Origin: Octopus bimaculoides
Taxonomy: Eukaryota
DNA length: 64,000 bases
Reading direction: 5' to 3'
NCBI RefSeq assembly: GCF_001194135.2
Contig: NC_069004.1
Coordinates: 25,180,221 to 25,244,220 of the forward strand
Part shown: positions 1 to 11,950 of the stretch, piece after piece
How positions within the stretch are numbered: the first letter of the stretch is position 1
Layout of the letters: every line of letters starts with the position of its first letter
Program-made: the position numbers and the translations under genes
Notes under the pieces: generated by a model
Told to the model about the DNA's origin: nothing
Databases searched by the model: none
What the model saw: the letters and a program-made list of their open reading frames with translations, nothing else

Positions 1-426
1 CTTCTTCCACAGGAAGCTCTCTGATCAGACGATCAAGAAAGATTATTTTGAGGATGTTTTAAGGGAGTTCATGAAAAGATTTCGTCGCAAAAGGCTAGAG
101 CACCCGCACCACGACAATGTATCAGTCCACAGTCCCAGAGACAGAGATGGGCGTCAAAACTGTCCTTCACCCTTTCTTACAGCCCAGACTTTGCTCTCTG
201 TGATTTTGACTGTTCCCTAATTTGAAGAAGATGGAGTTGTGACAAGGTCCTCCACACCTTTACTCTGGAGGACTTCCACAGCGCTTTCAGGAAGTGGCTC
301 GGTGAACGAACCCAAGTGCAATGAAGTCAAAGGATCCAACTTTGAAGGAGGTCAGATTTTGTACGTCTTTGAAATCAATAAATGCCTCTCCTAAAAATAG
401 CTAAAACTTCTTGAATGTACCTTGTA
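1..426 (+). mobile_element. Decayed mariner transposon, 3' part
   Basis: Frameshifted HHDNV..H and HP-YSPDFALCDF (cf. mariner HDNA..H, HPPYSPDLAPCDF); ends in TIR-like ..CTTGAATGTACCTTG + TA. Confidence 0.8.
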
Positions 427-934
427 TTTGGAACCCATGAGTAGACAGAAATTTGTGAACCCACAGATCCGAACATCTAAAATGAGTGAGAGGAGGAAAT
501 ATTTATGGACAAGTTAACTGCATCGGAACATGTAAAGCCTCTACTCGCATTATAAATTCGTTTGCACCAATAATCATTGGAACATGGAAAATCTAAGCTT
601 TTCAGGGGCGAAATAAAAATCACACTCAGGTACTTTGTAAAAAAGAAGTCTAATGGAAGAAGTTGAAATAAGCAAACCTTCAATGAAGTTTGATATAAAA
701 TAATTGTCGTTTTTCTATCAAAATTCCAGTGATGGGATTCTGTTAGAAACCTGCTCCCTGCCAAGAAGAATTTTAACAAAGATATATAAATGCATACGAA
801 CACACACCCACGTACACACATTCATATATACATATATATATGTTTGTACATGTGTGTATATAGCACTGCATGAAAACGGTGAGCCAGCATGGTTGCAGTC
901 TTTTTGTGTCTGTGTGTATGTATGTGTGTATATA

Positions 935-992
935 TATGTGTGTGTGTGTGTGGGCGGGCGTGCGTGTGTGTGTGTGTGTGCGTGTGTGTGTG

Positions 993-1062
<70 letters not shown>

Positions 1063-1083
1063 TGTGTGTGTGTGTGTGTGTGT
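935..1083. repeat. (TG)n microsatellite
   Basis: Direct reading. Confidence 0.98.
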
Positions 1084-1470
1084 AAAATGATTTGTCACAA
1101 AAAAGAAGTGATTTCATTCACACTTTATAATAAACTTCGATCTGCTCGGCTCGAAGCCAGCAGATATGAGCACGAAAATCTCTGAATATTTCACGTGATT
1201 CCATTATTCCATTGTTAGTACTTCACATAACAATCTAAGATAATTACACGGTATTCAATGACTATATTCAACCCAAAACAAAAGGAAGAGAATTTATGAG
1301 AAACACTTTAGTAATTCGTTAGGAAGACAAAAACCTAGGAATGAACACAAAATATTAAGAAAACAAGACATTTATTGCTCATCATTAGGACGTATAATCA
1401 TTGAAATAAGCAGGTTATTTCAGTGTTTTGAGGTGGATTCGGAGATAGTCTGTTGATATTGTATTAGAGT

Positions 1471-1665
1471 AGTGTGAAGGTGTTTGGCTTAGTGCTTCAT
1501 TTGTGGGTTTCGTTCCCGGACTGGCAGGTGCGTTGTGTTCTTGATTATAAAACTTCGTTTCCTGTTAATCTGTGATCACTTCGACTTGACATCTGACGTA
1601 TGGCACACCGTGCTCCTATAACAGCCAATGTCGATTTGACCGAGCACAAGCATTTGATCATTATA
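1471..1665 (+). mobile_element. SINE family D, diverged
   Basis: GGTGCGTTGTG..., ACATCTGACG.GGCACAC.TGTGC.CCT, CATT.GATCA.TATA shared with 30258-30540. Confidence 0.6.
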
Positions 1666-2778
1666 GGCGCGGGCGTGGCTGTGGTAAGAGGCTTGCTTCC
1701 CAGCCACATGGTTCCGTGTTCAGTCCCACTGCGTGGCATCTTGGGCAAGTGTCTTCTACTTTGACCTCGGGCCGACTAAACTGGAAGCCTGTCGTATATA
1801 TATACATACATATATATATATNNNNNNNNNNNNNNNNNNNNNNNNNNNNNNNNNNNNNNNNNNNNNNNNNNNNNNNNNNNNNNNNNNNNNNNNNNNNNNN
1901 NNNNNNNNNNNNNNNNNNNNNNNNNNNNNNNNNNNNNNNNNNNNNNNNNNNNNNNNNNNNNNNNNNNNNNNNNNNNNNNNNNNNNNNNNNNNNNNNNNNN
2001 NNNNNNNNNNNNNNNNNNNNNNNNNNNNNNNNNNNNNNNNNNNNNNNNNNNNNNNNNNNNNNNNNNNNNNNNNNNNNNNNNNNNNNNNNNNNNNNNNNNN
2101 NNNNNNNNNNNNNNNNNNNNNNNNNNNNNNNNNNNNNNNNNNNNNNNNNNNNNNNNNNNNNNNNNNNNNNNNNNNNNNNNNNNNNNNNNNNNNNNNNNNN
2201 NNNNNNNNNNNNNNNNNNNNNNNNNNNNNNNNNNNNNNNNNNNNNNNNNNNNNNNNNNNNNNNNNNNNNNNNNNNNNNNNNNNNNNNNNNNNNNNNNNNN
2301 NNNNNNNNNNNNNNNNNNNNNNNNNNNNNNNNNNNNNNNNNNNNNNNNNNNNNNNNNNNNNNNNNNNNNNNNNNNNNNNNNNNNNNNNNNNNNNNNNNNN
2401 NNNNNNNNNNNNNNNNNNNNNNNNNNNNNNNNNNNNNNNNNNNNNNNNNNNNNNNNNNNNNNNNNNNNNNNNNNNNNNNNNNNNNNNNNNNNNNNNNNNN
2501 NNNNNNNNNNNNNNNNNNNNNNNNNNNNNNNNNNNNNNNNNNNNNNNNNNNNNNNNNNNNNNNNNNNNNNNNNNNNNNNNNNNNNNNNNNNNNNNNNNNN
2601 NNNNNNNNNNNNNNNNNNNNNNNNNNNNNNNNNNNNNNNNNNNNNNNNNNNNNNNNNNNNNNNNNNNNNNNNNNNNNNNNNNNNNNNNNNNNNNNNNNNN
2701 NNNNNNNNNNNNNNNNNNNNNNNNNNNNNNNNNNNNNNNNNNNNNNNNNNNNNNNNNNNNNNNNNNNNNNNNNNNNNN

Positions 2779-2828
<50 letters not shown>

Positions 2829-3042
2829 TGTGTGTGTGTGTCTGTCTGTGTTTGTATTAATCCCGCCCACTGGTGTTGGTTTATGTACGTCCCTGTAACT
2901 TAGCGTTTGTGCAAAAGAGACCGATAGAAAAAGTTCAAGACAAACTAGTAAGTACTGGAGTCAATTTGTTCGACCAAATACTTCGAGGTGTTGCCCCAGC
3001 ATGGCCGCAGTCAAATGACTGAAACAAGTAAAATGTAAAAGA
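1666..3042 (+). mobile_element. SINE family A (tRNA-like head, CORE-like CCTTGGGCAAGTG, internal TA/TG microsatellite spanning the N-gap 1822-2778)
   Basis: Head GGCGTGGCTGTGGTAAG..GTTCAGTCCCAC; tail CAGCATGGCCGCAGTCAAATGACTGAAACAAGTAAAA; matches more than 10 other copies in the window. Confidence 0.85.
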
Positions 3043-4011
3043 CAAGGTAGTGAAGTGGCTGAGTTGTGAGGGAGTTCGATAGATGCCCTCGCAATATTTG
3101 TCCCGACACTTTGTTTATGCTCGGAATTCAAATCTCGCCGAGATCAACTTTAAATTTTCTCCTTTCGGGATTCCAAAAATTGTGCCAATCTGTTGTAGTG
3201 GCAAACTGTTGTAGTGGTAGAGCTGTTAGAGTGATGGACGAGATGCTTTGCAGTATGTGTTCCAATTCTTTGCGCTCAGAAACCCTGCCAGCAAGTGATT
3301 TGTGTATCTAATTCACAGAATTAATAATAAAATGAGCCGGTTGTTTTTTTTATTGTTAAACGGCAGTATGAACTGATTGTTTGTTCAAAGTTCTAGAAAG
3401 CAATGATCTTAACTGTCATTAAAATAGATGGAGGTTATCCGTTTCACTGTTTTATAATCTCGCCTCTCATTTGCATTACATATAGCACTATTTCTGTATA
3501 TCACACTATACTGTAACGTTCAATTTGTCCGTTTGATGATAGATAATAAGAAACGTTGTAGTCTTATGAATAGTCTGTCTACTTTAAAATTTTTGATAGG
3601 AGATTTATATCGACTATCATATTAGGAAGTAATTAACATGCTTGAATTTTAAGCTAATACGTATTGTTGCATTTTAGCTCTTACAACTAATTTGGCTCTT
3701 GCAGAACTCTTAATTCTATATTTCTTTTATATAACAGCCACTCTATGTGAATAGAATCAAATTGGTTGACGATATTGCATTAAGCCGCAACACACTGATG
3801 ATATAGATATTATCTGTTTCGAGAATACGTAACGAACCAATTGTTGAGATAATGAGGTGCTCTTAGCTCTAGCTTCTAGTTTCTTAATTGCTTCAGAACA
3901 CTCAGCTGCATAAAAAAAAAATATGAAGAAAAAGACACTACAGAGAACGTTGATATTATTTAAGTTCCTGACAAGAATGCTTCGTTTCCAACAAAATATT
4001 TTATCTATTTT

Positions 4012-4195
4012 GGTGACTGTGTATTAAGAAGCTTGCTTCCCAACAACCTGGTTCTAGATTCAGTCCCCCTGCGTGTCACCATGGGGTAGTGTATTCTACT
4101 ATAGGCTCGGGCCGATCAAAGAATTGTGAGTGGATTTGGTAGACGGAAACTGAGAGAAGCCCGTCCTATATATGCATATATATGTGTATGTGCGG

Positions 4196-4268
<73 letters not shown>

Positions 4269-4450
4269 TGTCTGTCTGTTTGTCTGTCTGTGTTCGTCCC
4301 CCACCACCGCTTGACAACCGGTGCCTGCAAAAGCGACTGATAGAGTAAGTACTGGGGTCGATTCATTCAACTAAAACAAATTGCTCAGCGCGGTGCTCCA
4401 GTATAGCCGCAGTCTAATGACTGAAACAAGTAAAAGATAAAAGATAAAAT
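4012..4450 (+). mobile_element. SINE family A, full length with internal (TG)n
   Basis: Head, internal microsatellite and tail match the other copies. Confidence 0.9.
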
Positions 4451-4627
4451 ACACAGTAAACCGAATTAAAAATTAAACGCTAAATATGTTGCAATTTCCA
4501 AGAAGAGGAAACCCGAGTAGAGGTTGCAGTCAGTTGGGTTCCGCCACCAGCTTGCATTCTCTAAACACCTGACTAAGGAAACTTATTCCTCTTGAAGTAT
4601 AGTTATTGTAGCAGAACGCCGATTCTG

Positions 4628-4662
4628 ATTGGCTGGCTACTTCCTCTGTCTAGCCAACCAAT
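4628..4662. promoter_or_regulatory. Inverted pair of CCAAT (NF-Y-like) boxes
   Basis: ATTGGCTGGCTA (4628-4639) and TAGCCAACCAAT (4651-4662): 11/12 inverted repeat in unique sequence. Confidence 0.35.
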
Positions 4663-5109
4663 GGCACTCGAAGACAGTCATGATTTTGGGGACGACCTCA
4701 CGACAGAGGTAAAAGGCGCAGAGCGAAAATCAATTGGAGGATGACATCTCAAGGTAACCTGAAGACAGGAAACATTAATCTGAATCGGTGTGATGCATGA
4801 ATAACATTCAATCGAACCTGGGGGAGGAAGCTCGCCGCCAAATGCGATGAGCAGCGCAGGAGGCTCTAAAGCTAAGTTAAAAAAAAACTGAAGGATTATA
4901 GTTAAATCCCTACTCTGTGTCTGTGTGTGTGAGTAAATCTTGCAAAGTTTCGTCAAACACTATTTCTCTGTCTTTTTCTCAGTGTATCGCATCTACAAAA
5001 TAATGAACGAAGCTTTGTGAAGTTTTTACAGTTTCTTTCAGTTCTCTACTAAAAATAGCTTTACTATTTGTTATTACAAATGTTAAACCCCATAAAATAT
5101 TATAATTCG

Positions 5110-5263
5110 TTGTTTGCAGGACCATTAAGTTGCGGGGACGTAAACAAACCAATACGTGTTATCAAGCGGTAGGGGATAGAAAAACAAGCACAAAGACATG
5201 CACATCTATATACACACACACACACACACATTAATATTAACATAGCTAAGTTTTCATTTTAAA

Positions 5264-5353
<90 letters not shown>

Positions 5354-5522
5354 GGAGGGAGGGAGAGAGACAGACAGACAGACTGGCATTGGTTAGACAC
5401 GGCATTGGTCGGCTCGTGGATATAGCAGAAGACATATGCCCAACATGCTGCAAAGAGGGATTGAACTCGAAACTACGTGATGACAAAGCGTGCTTCTTTA
5501 CCACACGGCTATGCCTTCGCTT
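5110..5522 (-). mobile_element. SINE family A, diverged
   Basis: GGGGACGTAAACAAACCA..GTT.TCAAGCG tail part; head AGAAGACATATGCCCAA..TTACCACACGGCTATGCC. Confidence 0.7.
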
Positions 5523-6249
5523 AATTCCCGTGAATTGATTAAGAAATTACAAATGATTTGAATCGGAAATGTATCTCTCCGTGTATAACCATTAATAATA
5601 CATAAATAGTTAATCATTCAACGCTCTTTTGTCATCCATTTTGTTGTCTGTGACAACTTTGTGAGTGCTTTGGCAACTTTAAAGCTATAATTACCCCTAT
5701 CAACCAATGTCTTATTAATTTCATCTTCATTGAATTGGTGGTTTTCAAAACCATGATTTCAAGTGGAACGATGTGTGAGTATTGCATCCAGAGAAATTCC
5801 TAAGCTTCAATGAGTAACTTCGAATTTTTGAAGATAGTAAAATATATTGCTAAATTTTGGATCAGCGCATATAGCAGCTATAATTTCAGATGGAAAAGAC
5901 AAGTTTGACTGAAATTTTAATTCTTCAGGGATACCTAAATAGCAGAATTACTTCTTCCACGCTCAACACAATCTTGTGCTAGCCATTTAATCGTTTAATA
6001 ATAGTTATTTAGCAAAATGGTTGGAATTAGTTTTTCAGTTAAGTTTGTTTTCGTCAACAGATTGTAGCTATGAGATGAACACTAACACTTTTCGCAGTAT
6101 CTTCTCGAATCAAAATCAATTCAGTAACATTATCCATAAGTTAGCGATGTTGTAATCCTATCTGTGCCAAAAGACATTTCCACTTGGCTGCCTTTTAGGA
6201 TAACACTGCTGGCACAATTGTAATATCTCTTATGAACTTATAATTAATA

Positions 6250-6384
6250 TTGGTTACGAATATTGGCCGCAGGCCAGTAATTTTAAGGAAGGAGATAAAT
6301 CGATTACATCAACCCCAGTGTTCAACTAATACTTATTTTATCGACCCAGAAAGTCGACCCTGGTGGAATTTGAACTCAGAACGT
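6250..6384 (-). mobile_element. SINE family B, partial
   Basis: CGATTACATCAACCCCAGTGTTCAACT..TTTATCGACCC..GAATTTGAACTCAGAACGT. Confidence 0.85.
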
Positions 6385-6412
6385 CTTATGATTAATATAA
6401 TAATTGCACAGA

Positions 6413-6628
6413 AGGCTGCGAGCTGGAAGAATCGTTAACACCACGGACAAAATGCTTAGCGGCATTTAATTCGTCTTGACGGTCTGAGTTCAAATTCCGC
6501 CTAGGTCGACTTTGCCTTTCATCCTCTCGGGAGTAGATAAAATAAGCACCAGTTGAGCACTGGGGTCGATGTAATTGATGAACCCTTCCCCCCGAAATTG
6601 CTGGGCATGTACCAAAATTCGAAACAAG
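6413..6628 (+). mobile_element. SINE family B (middle resembles the Deu/Nin conserved SINE domain, from memory)
   Basis: GAGTTCAAATTCCGCC.AGGTCGACTTTGCCTTTCATCC..GATAAAATAAG.ACCAG. Confidence 0.85.
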
Positions 6629-6639
6629 TTTTAATTACA

Positions 6640-6878
6640 CAGTTATAATCTTACAATTACGAAACAAGCATAAGAGTATTGCCTTTTGGCAATACACCCA
6701 CGATTTCTCGAAGACCTGCAGCATTGTAAATATTTGTTCGGCTGTGCTGCATTCGGAGCGAAAACCACATTGTTCGTCAGCTAGCCTGAACTCGACAATA
6801 ACATTAAATCTCTTTGCAAGACACCTAGCGTAGACATAATAAGCAGATTCCTCTATAATTAGAGCAATCCCTCTCGTC
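6640..6878 (-). mobile_element. RTE-X (Rex3/Expander-like) LINE reverse transcriptase fragment
   Basis: DERDCSNYRGICLL / VYARCLAKR..LADEQCGFRSECSTAEQIFTMLQVFEKSW / YACFV across frameshifts. Confidence 0.85.
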
Positions 6879-6880
6879 CA

Positions 6881-7024
6881 GATGAGCTTGGTTGGTCTTG
6901 CTTGGGGGTCCAGCCGGATCAATTGGAGACGGTTACTTATGACATGATCCGATGGGAGATGTGCTTGAGGATTCTGTCCCCACGATCTTCCCAGGGATAC
7001 ATAGGCTTAAATGAGATGAGATAA
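6881..7024 (+). mobile_element. RTE-X LINE 3' end
   Basis: DELGWSCLGVQPDQLETVTYDMIRWEMCLRILSPRSSQ resembles the RTE-X ORF C-terminus; ends in AATGAGATGAGA. Confidence 0.7.
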
Positions 7025-7123
7025 TCCTGCAAATTAAGAGACATACTATCTAAACCCAGCCGATTTTTCAGAAGTGGAAGAGAAAGTGCGATAGAGAGAC
7101 GGGGATAAAGAGAGGGGGCAAGG

Positions 7124-7124
<1 letters not shown>

Positions 7125-7177
<53 letters not shown>

Positions 7178-7401
7178 GAAGGAAGAAAGAAAGACAGAAA
7201 GAAAGAAGGAAAGAAGGAAAGAAGGAAAGAAACAAAGAAACAAAGAAACAAACAAAGAAAAGAAAAGAAAAGAAAAGAAAGAGTGAGAGAGAGAAGAAAG
7301 AAAGAAACAAAGAAGCGAAAAGAGAAAGAATGAAAGAAAGAAAGAAAGAAAGAAAGAAAAAAGAAAGAAAGGAAGAAAGAAAGAAGGAAAGAAGCGAAAA
7401 G

Positions 7402-7452
<51 letters not shown>

Positions 7453-7470
7453 AACACGGAGAGAAAGAGA
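7125..7470. repeat. (GAAA)n purine microsatellite
   Basis: Direct reading. Confidence 0.97.
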
Positions 7471-7730
7471 AAACACAAATGACCACAATACTGGTAATAT
7501 ATTTATTGAACAAGGAAGGGCAAAAGGCAAAGTTGACTACTGCCGGATTTGAAATAAGAAGGCGAAAATACCGGAGCGGATTACGCTCTATCCAAGGTGT
7601 GAACGACTTTATCAATTCGCCGCCTATTGTATGCCTTTGTGTACCTATAACTACGTATTGCCTTTGCGTGTGAGTGTGTGTTGTGTATGTGCGTGTATAC
7701 GCGTGTGTATGTATGTGTATGAATGTGTGT

Positions 7731-8045
7731 ATGTAGCTTAGTGGTTAGGAGATTTGGCTCACGATCGCAAGGTTGTGGGTTCGATTCCCAGCGGGGGATT
7801 GTGTCCTTGAGCAAGACACTTTATTTCACGTTAATCCAGTCCGCTCAACTAGCGATTACGAGTGAGTCGTATCTGTATTTCAAAAGGCCGGCTTTGACAT
7901 CCTCTGTTTCATACTGAATCTCCCTAATAACTACGTTAAGGTTACCCGTGTCTGCGGAGTGTTCAGCGACTTTCACTTTCATTTCACAGGCAGGCTGCTC
8001 TGTTGACCGAATCAATTGGAACCCTCGTTGACGTAAACAACTGAG
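7731..8045 (+). mobile_element. SINE family C (tRNA-derived head, CORE-like GTGTCCTTGAGCAAGACAC)
   Basis: A box TAGCTTAGTGG, B box GGTTCGATTCC; antisense copy at 19712-20010. Confidence 0.88.
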
Positions 8046-8460
8046 TGTCAGTGTGTATGTGTGCGTGGGTATTTCACGTGTCCTTGATTATATGAGAAGA
8101 CTGTTATAGATATATGTACTCATGCATTTATGTAGTAAAAGTGTGGAAAGACATCACATAATCATTCACCAGAAGCAATAGCTAACACCTATTGCAAGAG
8201 GCGACCATCATTGCCACATCAGTTGAAGTAAACTAAAAGTCCCAAACAGAACTGAAAAGCTATGTCCGTGCTGCTCATGTTTTAGAAAACTATCAAGCGA
8301 TGACACGACAGGAAATCGATTTGCGGCCGTAATGTATGCATGCATCTGTTTGTATGCATATATGTAAGTAACTATGGATATATGCATACATGTATGTAAG
8401 AATATATGCTTGCATATATATGTATGCATTTACATATATATACATGTATATATTAATATC

Positions 8461-8736
8461 AAAAGGGTAAAATTAATTAATTAAATTAATTAATCAATCA
8501 ATTAATTAATGATTTTACCAAGTAGATCGGCACGTTAAAATAACCTTTATAGGTAAATTTATACAAATATTCTATAATTATAAACATAATTATAATTAGG
8601 GAGCAGCTAATTGCTTCACCATATATTTGTATAATTTTACCTACAAAGGTTATTTTAACGCACCGATTTACTTGGTAAAATTATTAATTAATTGATTGAT
8701 TAATTAATTAATTTAATTAATTAATTTTACCCTTTT
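8461..8736. mobile_element. Foldback element with ~110-bp inverted arms
   Basis: Arm 8461-8570 is the near-perfect reverse complement of 8623-8736; 52-bp spacer. Confidence 0.85.
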
Positions 8737-8947
8737 ATTATTAATTTAAAATTATAATTTACTCCCTAATCGAATACTGCAGTTTTCTGCGGCACTGCAC
8801 GTAATATGCACGTGGGTACAGGGGAAAAATATGTATTCACATTGGGCTGTGTAAATTTTGGAAGTGTTGGTTGGATACCTGTTGTACGTTGTCACTCGAT
8901 CGTGTGCGTATTTAAACCCTAACACTTTCAAATTTTATAATGGAAAT

Positions 8948-9008
8948 GCTACACTGATGACGGGAAGTAAGTAAATTAAATATTTTAATCTCGAAACGCG
9001 TCTGTGGC
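8948..9008 (+). ncRNA. Type I hammerhead ribozyme, minimal Penelope-type, palindromic stem III
   Basis: GCTACA-CTGATGA-C-GGGA..TCTC-GAAA-CGCG-TC|TGTGGC; stem I 6 bp with one G-U; ACGCGT palindrome; predicted cleavage after C9002. Confidence 0.72.
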
Positions 9009-9174
9009 TAATCGAAGTCGTGTTGATTCATTATTTTTGTCTTTGCCTACATAAAAAAGGGCGTTACTGTCTGGGAGATTCTTACGGTAGTAGAAAAGGA
9101 AACTCCTATTTCTAAATTCGGTTTGTGGTGAAGCAATTAGCTGACCCCTAATTATAATTATGTTTATATAATAC

Positions 9175-9209
<35 letters not shown>

Positions 9210-9459
9210 NNNNNNNNNNTTTATATATAGATATTTAAGAACATTTCTAAAAACATATACACACATTCGTACATAACGTACATTCTTAATAGATTCATAC
9301 ATGTATATAGAATGAATACATACATTGATACATATATACATATGATACATTCATGTACATATATATATATACACGTCGCATATGCAAAAATATGTGTGTA
9401 TGTGTGCGTGCGTGTGTATGTATGCCGAAGAACTAAAATAGATATACATATATGTATGT

Positions 9460-9516
<57 letters not shown>

Positions 9517-9571
9517 ATGTGTGTGTGTGTGTGCGTGTGCGTGTGTGTGTGTATACATGTACATGTATATA

Positions 9572-9642
<71 letters not shown>

Positions 9643-10989
9643 GTTTGTATGTGTGTGCGTGCGTGTATGAATTTACACATGTACAGATGTGCATCTGTAT
9701 GTGCATCTATGTGCACGTATGTGTGTGCACTTGAGATAAACAAACATAACAAACCTTGAAAACAAGCTGACACATACAGGCGTCCATGACGCGTGTACAA
9801 GTGTATTTATAAATATATCCTCATTTTTCCATAGATACACACATATACACAAGCACACACATATACACAAGCACACACATATATATATATATACACACAC
9901 ACACATTGAACTCAGATAGTCATAAATCCCTTGAAGTGTCCTTTCTAAAAACGAGTCTTGTCACCATAGTTGTTGATTAGCTTCGCTTTTGCCAACAACT
10001 GAATTCTTCAAGAACAGCATGAGTTTTCATCCTACGTAGATAAATATATAAAACATAGACACGTAGATAAAAACATACGTACCTATGTATATATATATGT
10101 GTTTATACATATATCCTTACATGCGTACAGATATACATAACACACATGCATACATAAATAACTATGTACATATATAGATACACATACACACTCGCACACA
10201 CACATATATAAGCTAGAATAAGTACCAACGTACAAGTATCGGGGCGGGATTCACTTTGTTGCTTCTGTAAAATATTTACAAAAATATACATACACTCATA
10301 TTTTGATTTTGTTTTCATCCTGTTTGCCTCACCATCCATCCATCAATACATCCATCTATACATACATACATACCAACACACATTTCTCTCTCTCTCTCTC
10401 TCTCTCTCNNNNNNNNNNNNNNNNNNNNNNNNNNNNNNNNNNNNNNNNNNNNNNNNNNNNNNNNNNNNNNNNNNNNNNNNNNNNNNNNNNNNNNNNNNNN
10501 NNNNNNNNTACCAGACTGTTATAAAATAAAATAAAAACGTACAAGGTTCGATTTTCTTCAATTAAATCCTTTATAGCGGTGCCCCGGATCGATATAGTAA
10601 ATACCAGACTGTTATAAAATAAAATAAAAATGTACGGGGTTTGATTTTCTTCAATTAGACCCTTCATATCGGTGCCCCAGCGTGGCCACAATCCAATGAC
10701 TGAACCAAATGAAAGATAACTGTATACATAAATATGTTCCTTGATGATTACGCTTGTACGTATACATTAACGAATACACAATTCGTTATATTGTTTATAC
10801 GTTGTACATTCTGATCACTGTCTTCCTTCTGAATTACATAAACAATGACAAAGAAGGAGGATAAAAGTAAACACAAATTAGTAATTACGCTGGAGTTAAT
10901 TAATGTATTTGCATCTGTCAAGACGAAGGACAATATGTTGAAGTTTCAATTCAAGTGATATCTAAAATGAGGTGAAACTGCCTTCGATG

Positions 10990-11095
10990 ACGCCGGCGTT
11001 GCTTTGTGGTAAGAAGCTTGGTTTTCACTCACACGATTCTAGGTTCAGAACCATTGTGTGACACCTTGAATTACCTTCCATTTAGAATAACATCT
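10990..11095 (+). mobile_element. SINE A head fragment
   Basis: GGCGTTGCTTTGTGGTAAGAAGCTTG..GGTTCAG..GACACCTTG. Confidence 0.65.
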
Positions 11096-11199
11096 TCCAG
11101 CGATCAGACATGAAGGAAGCAGTTTGTTGTTGCCATTGAAATACGTGTAGTGATGTGATGCATGTGTGCAGCCAATACTTTCCAGTATTATTTTTATAC

Positions 11200-11230
<31 letters not shown>

Positions 11231-11950
11231 TACATATACATATATATATATATATATATNNNNNNNNNNNNNNNNNNNNNNNNNNNNNNNNNNNNNNNNN
11301 NNNNNNNNNNNNNNNNNNNNNNNNNNNNNNNNNNNNNNNNNNNNNNNNNNNNNNNNNNNNNNNNNNNNNNNNNNNNNNNNNNNNNNNNNNNNNNNNNNNN
11401 NNNNNNNNNNNNNNNNNNNNNNNNNNNNNNNNNNNNNNNNNNNNNNNNNNNNNNNNNNNNNNNNNNNNNNNNNNNNNNNNNNNNNNNNNNNNNNNNNNNN
11501 NNNNNNNNNNNNNNNNNNNNNNNNNNNNNNNNNNNNNNNNNNNNNNNNNNNNNNNNNNNNNNNNNNNNNNNNNNNNNNNNNNNNNNNNNNNNNNNNNNNN
11601 NNNNNNNNNNNNNNNNNNNNNNNNNNNNNNNNNNNNNNNNNNNNNNNNNNNNNNNNNNNNNNNNNNNNNNNNNNNNNNNNNNNNNNNNNNNNNNNNNNNN
11701 NNNNNNNNNNNNNNNNNNNNNNNNNNNNNNNNNNNNNNNNNNNNNNNNNNNNNNNNNNNNNNNNNNNNNNNNNNNNNNNNNNNNNNNNNNNNNNNNNNNN
11801 NNNNNNNNNNNNNNNNNNNNNNNNNNNNNNNNNNNNNNNNNNNNNNNNNNNNNNNNNNNNNNNNNNNNNNNNNNNNNNNNNNNNNNNNNNNNNNNNNNNN
11901 NNNNNNNNNNNNNNNNNNNNNNNNNNNNNNNNNNNNNNNNNNNNNNNNNN

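Noticed and set aside
704-1185. ORFs of CV/TH/YI dipeptides here and throughout, plus poly-S/L/E/K/D/F ORFs
   Set aside because: Translations of (TG)n, (TA)n, (GAA)n, (GAT)n and (TAA)n microsatellites, not genes
1716-2903. Long ORFs full of X here and at the other gaps
   Set aside because: They stay open only because they cross N-gaps
4661-4745. ATG right after the CCAAT box with a possible GTAAAA donor
   Set aside because: Short ORF, no recognisable homology, weak donor, and too close to the CCAAT box for a normal start
7731-7800. tRNA gene
   Set aside because: A and B boxes are present, but it continues into a SINE body found in several copies and lacks a full cloverleaf
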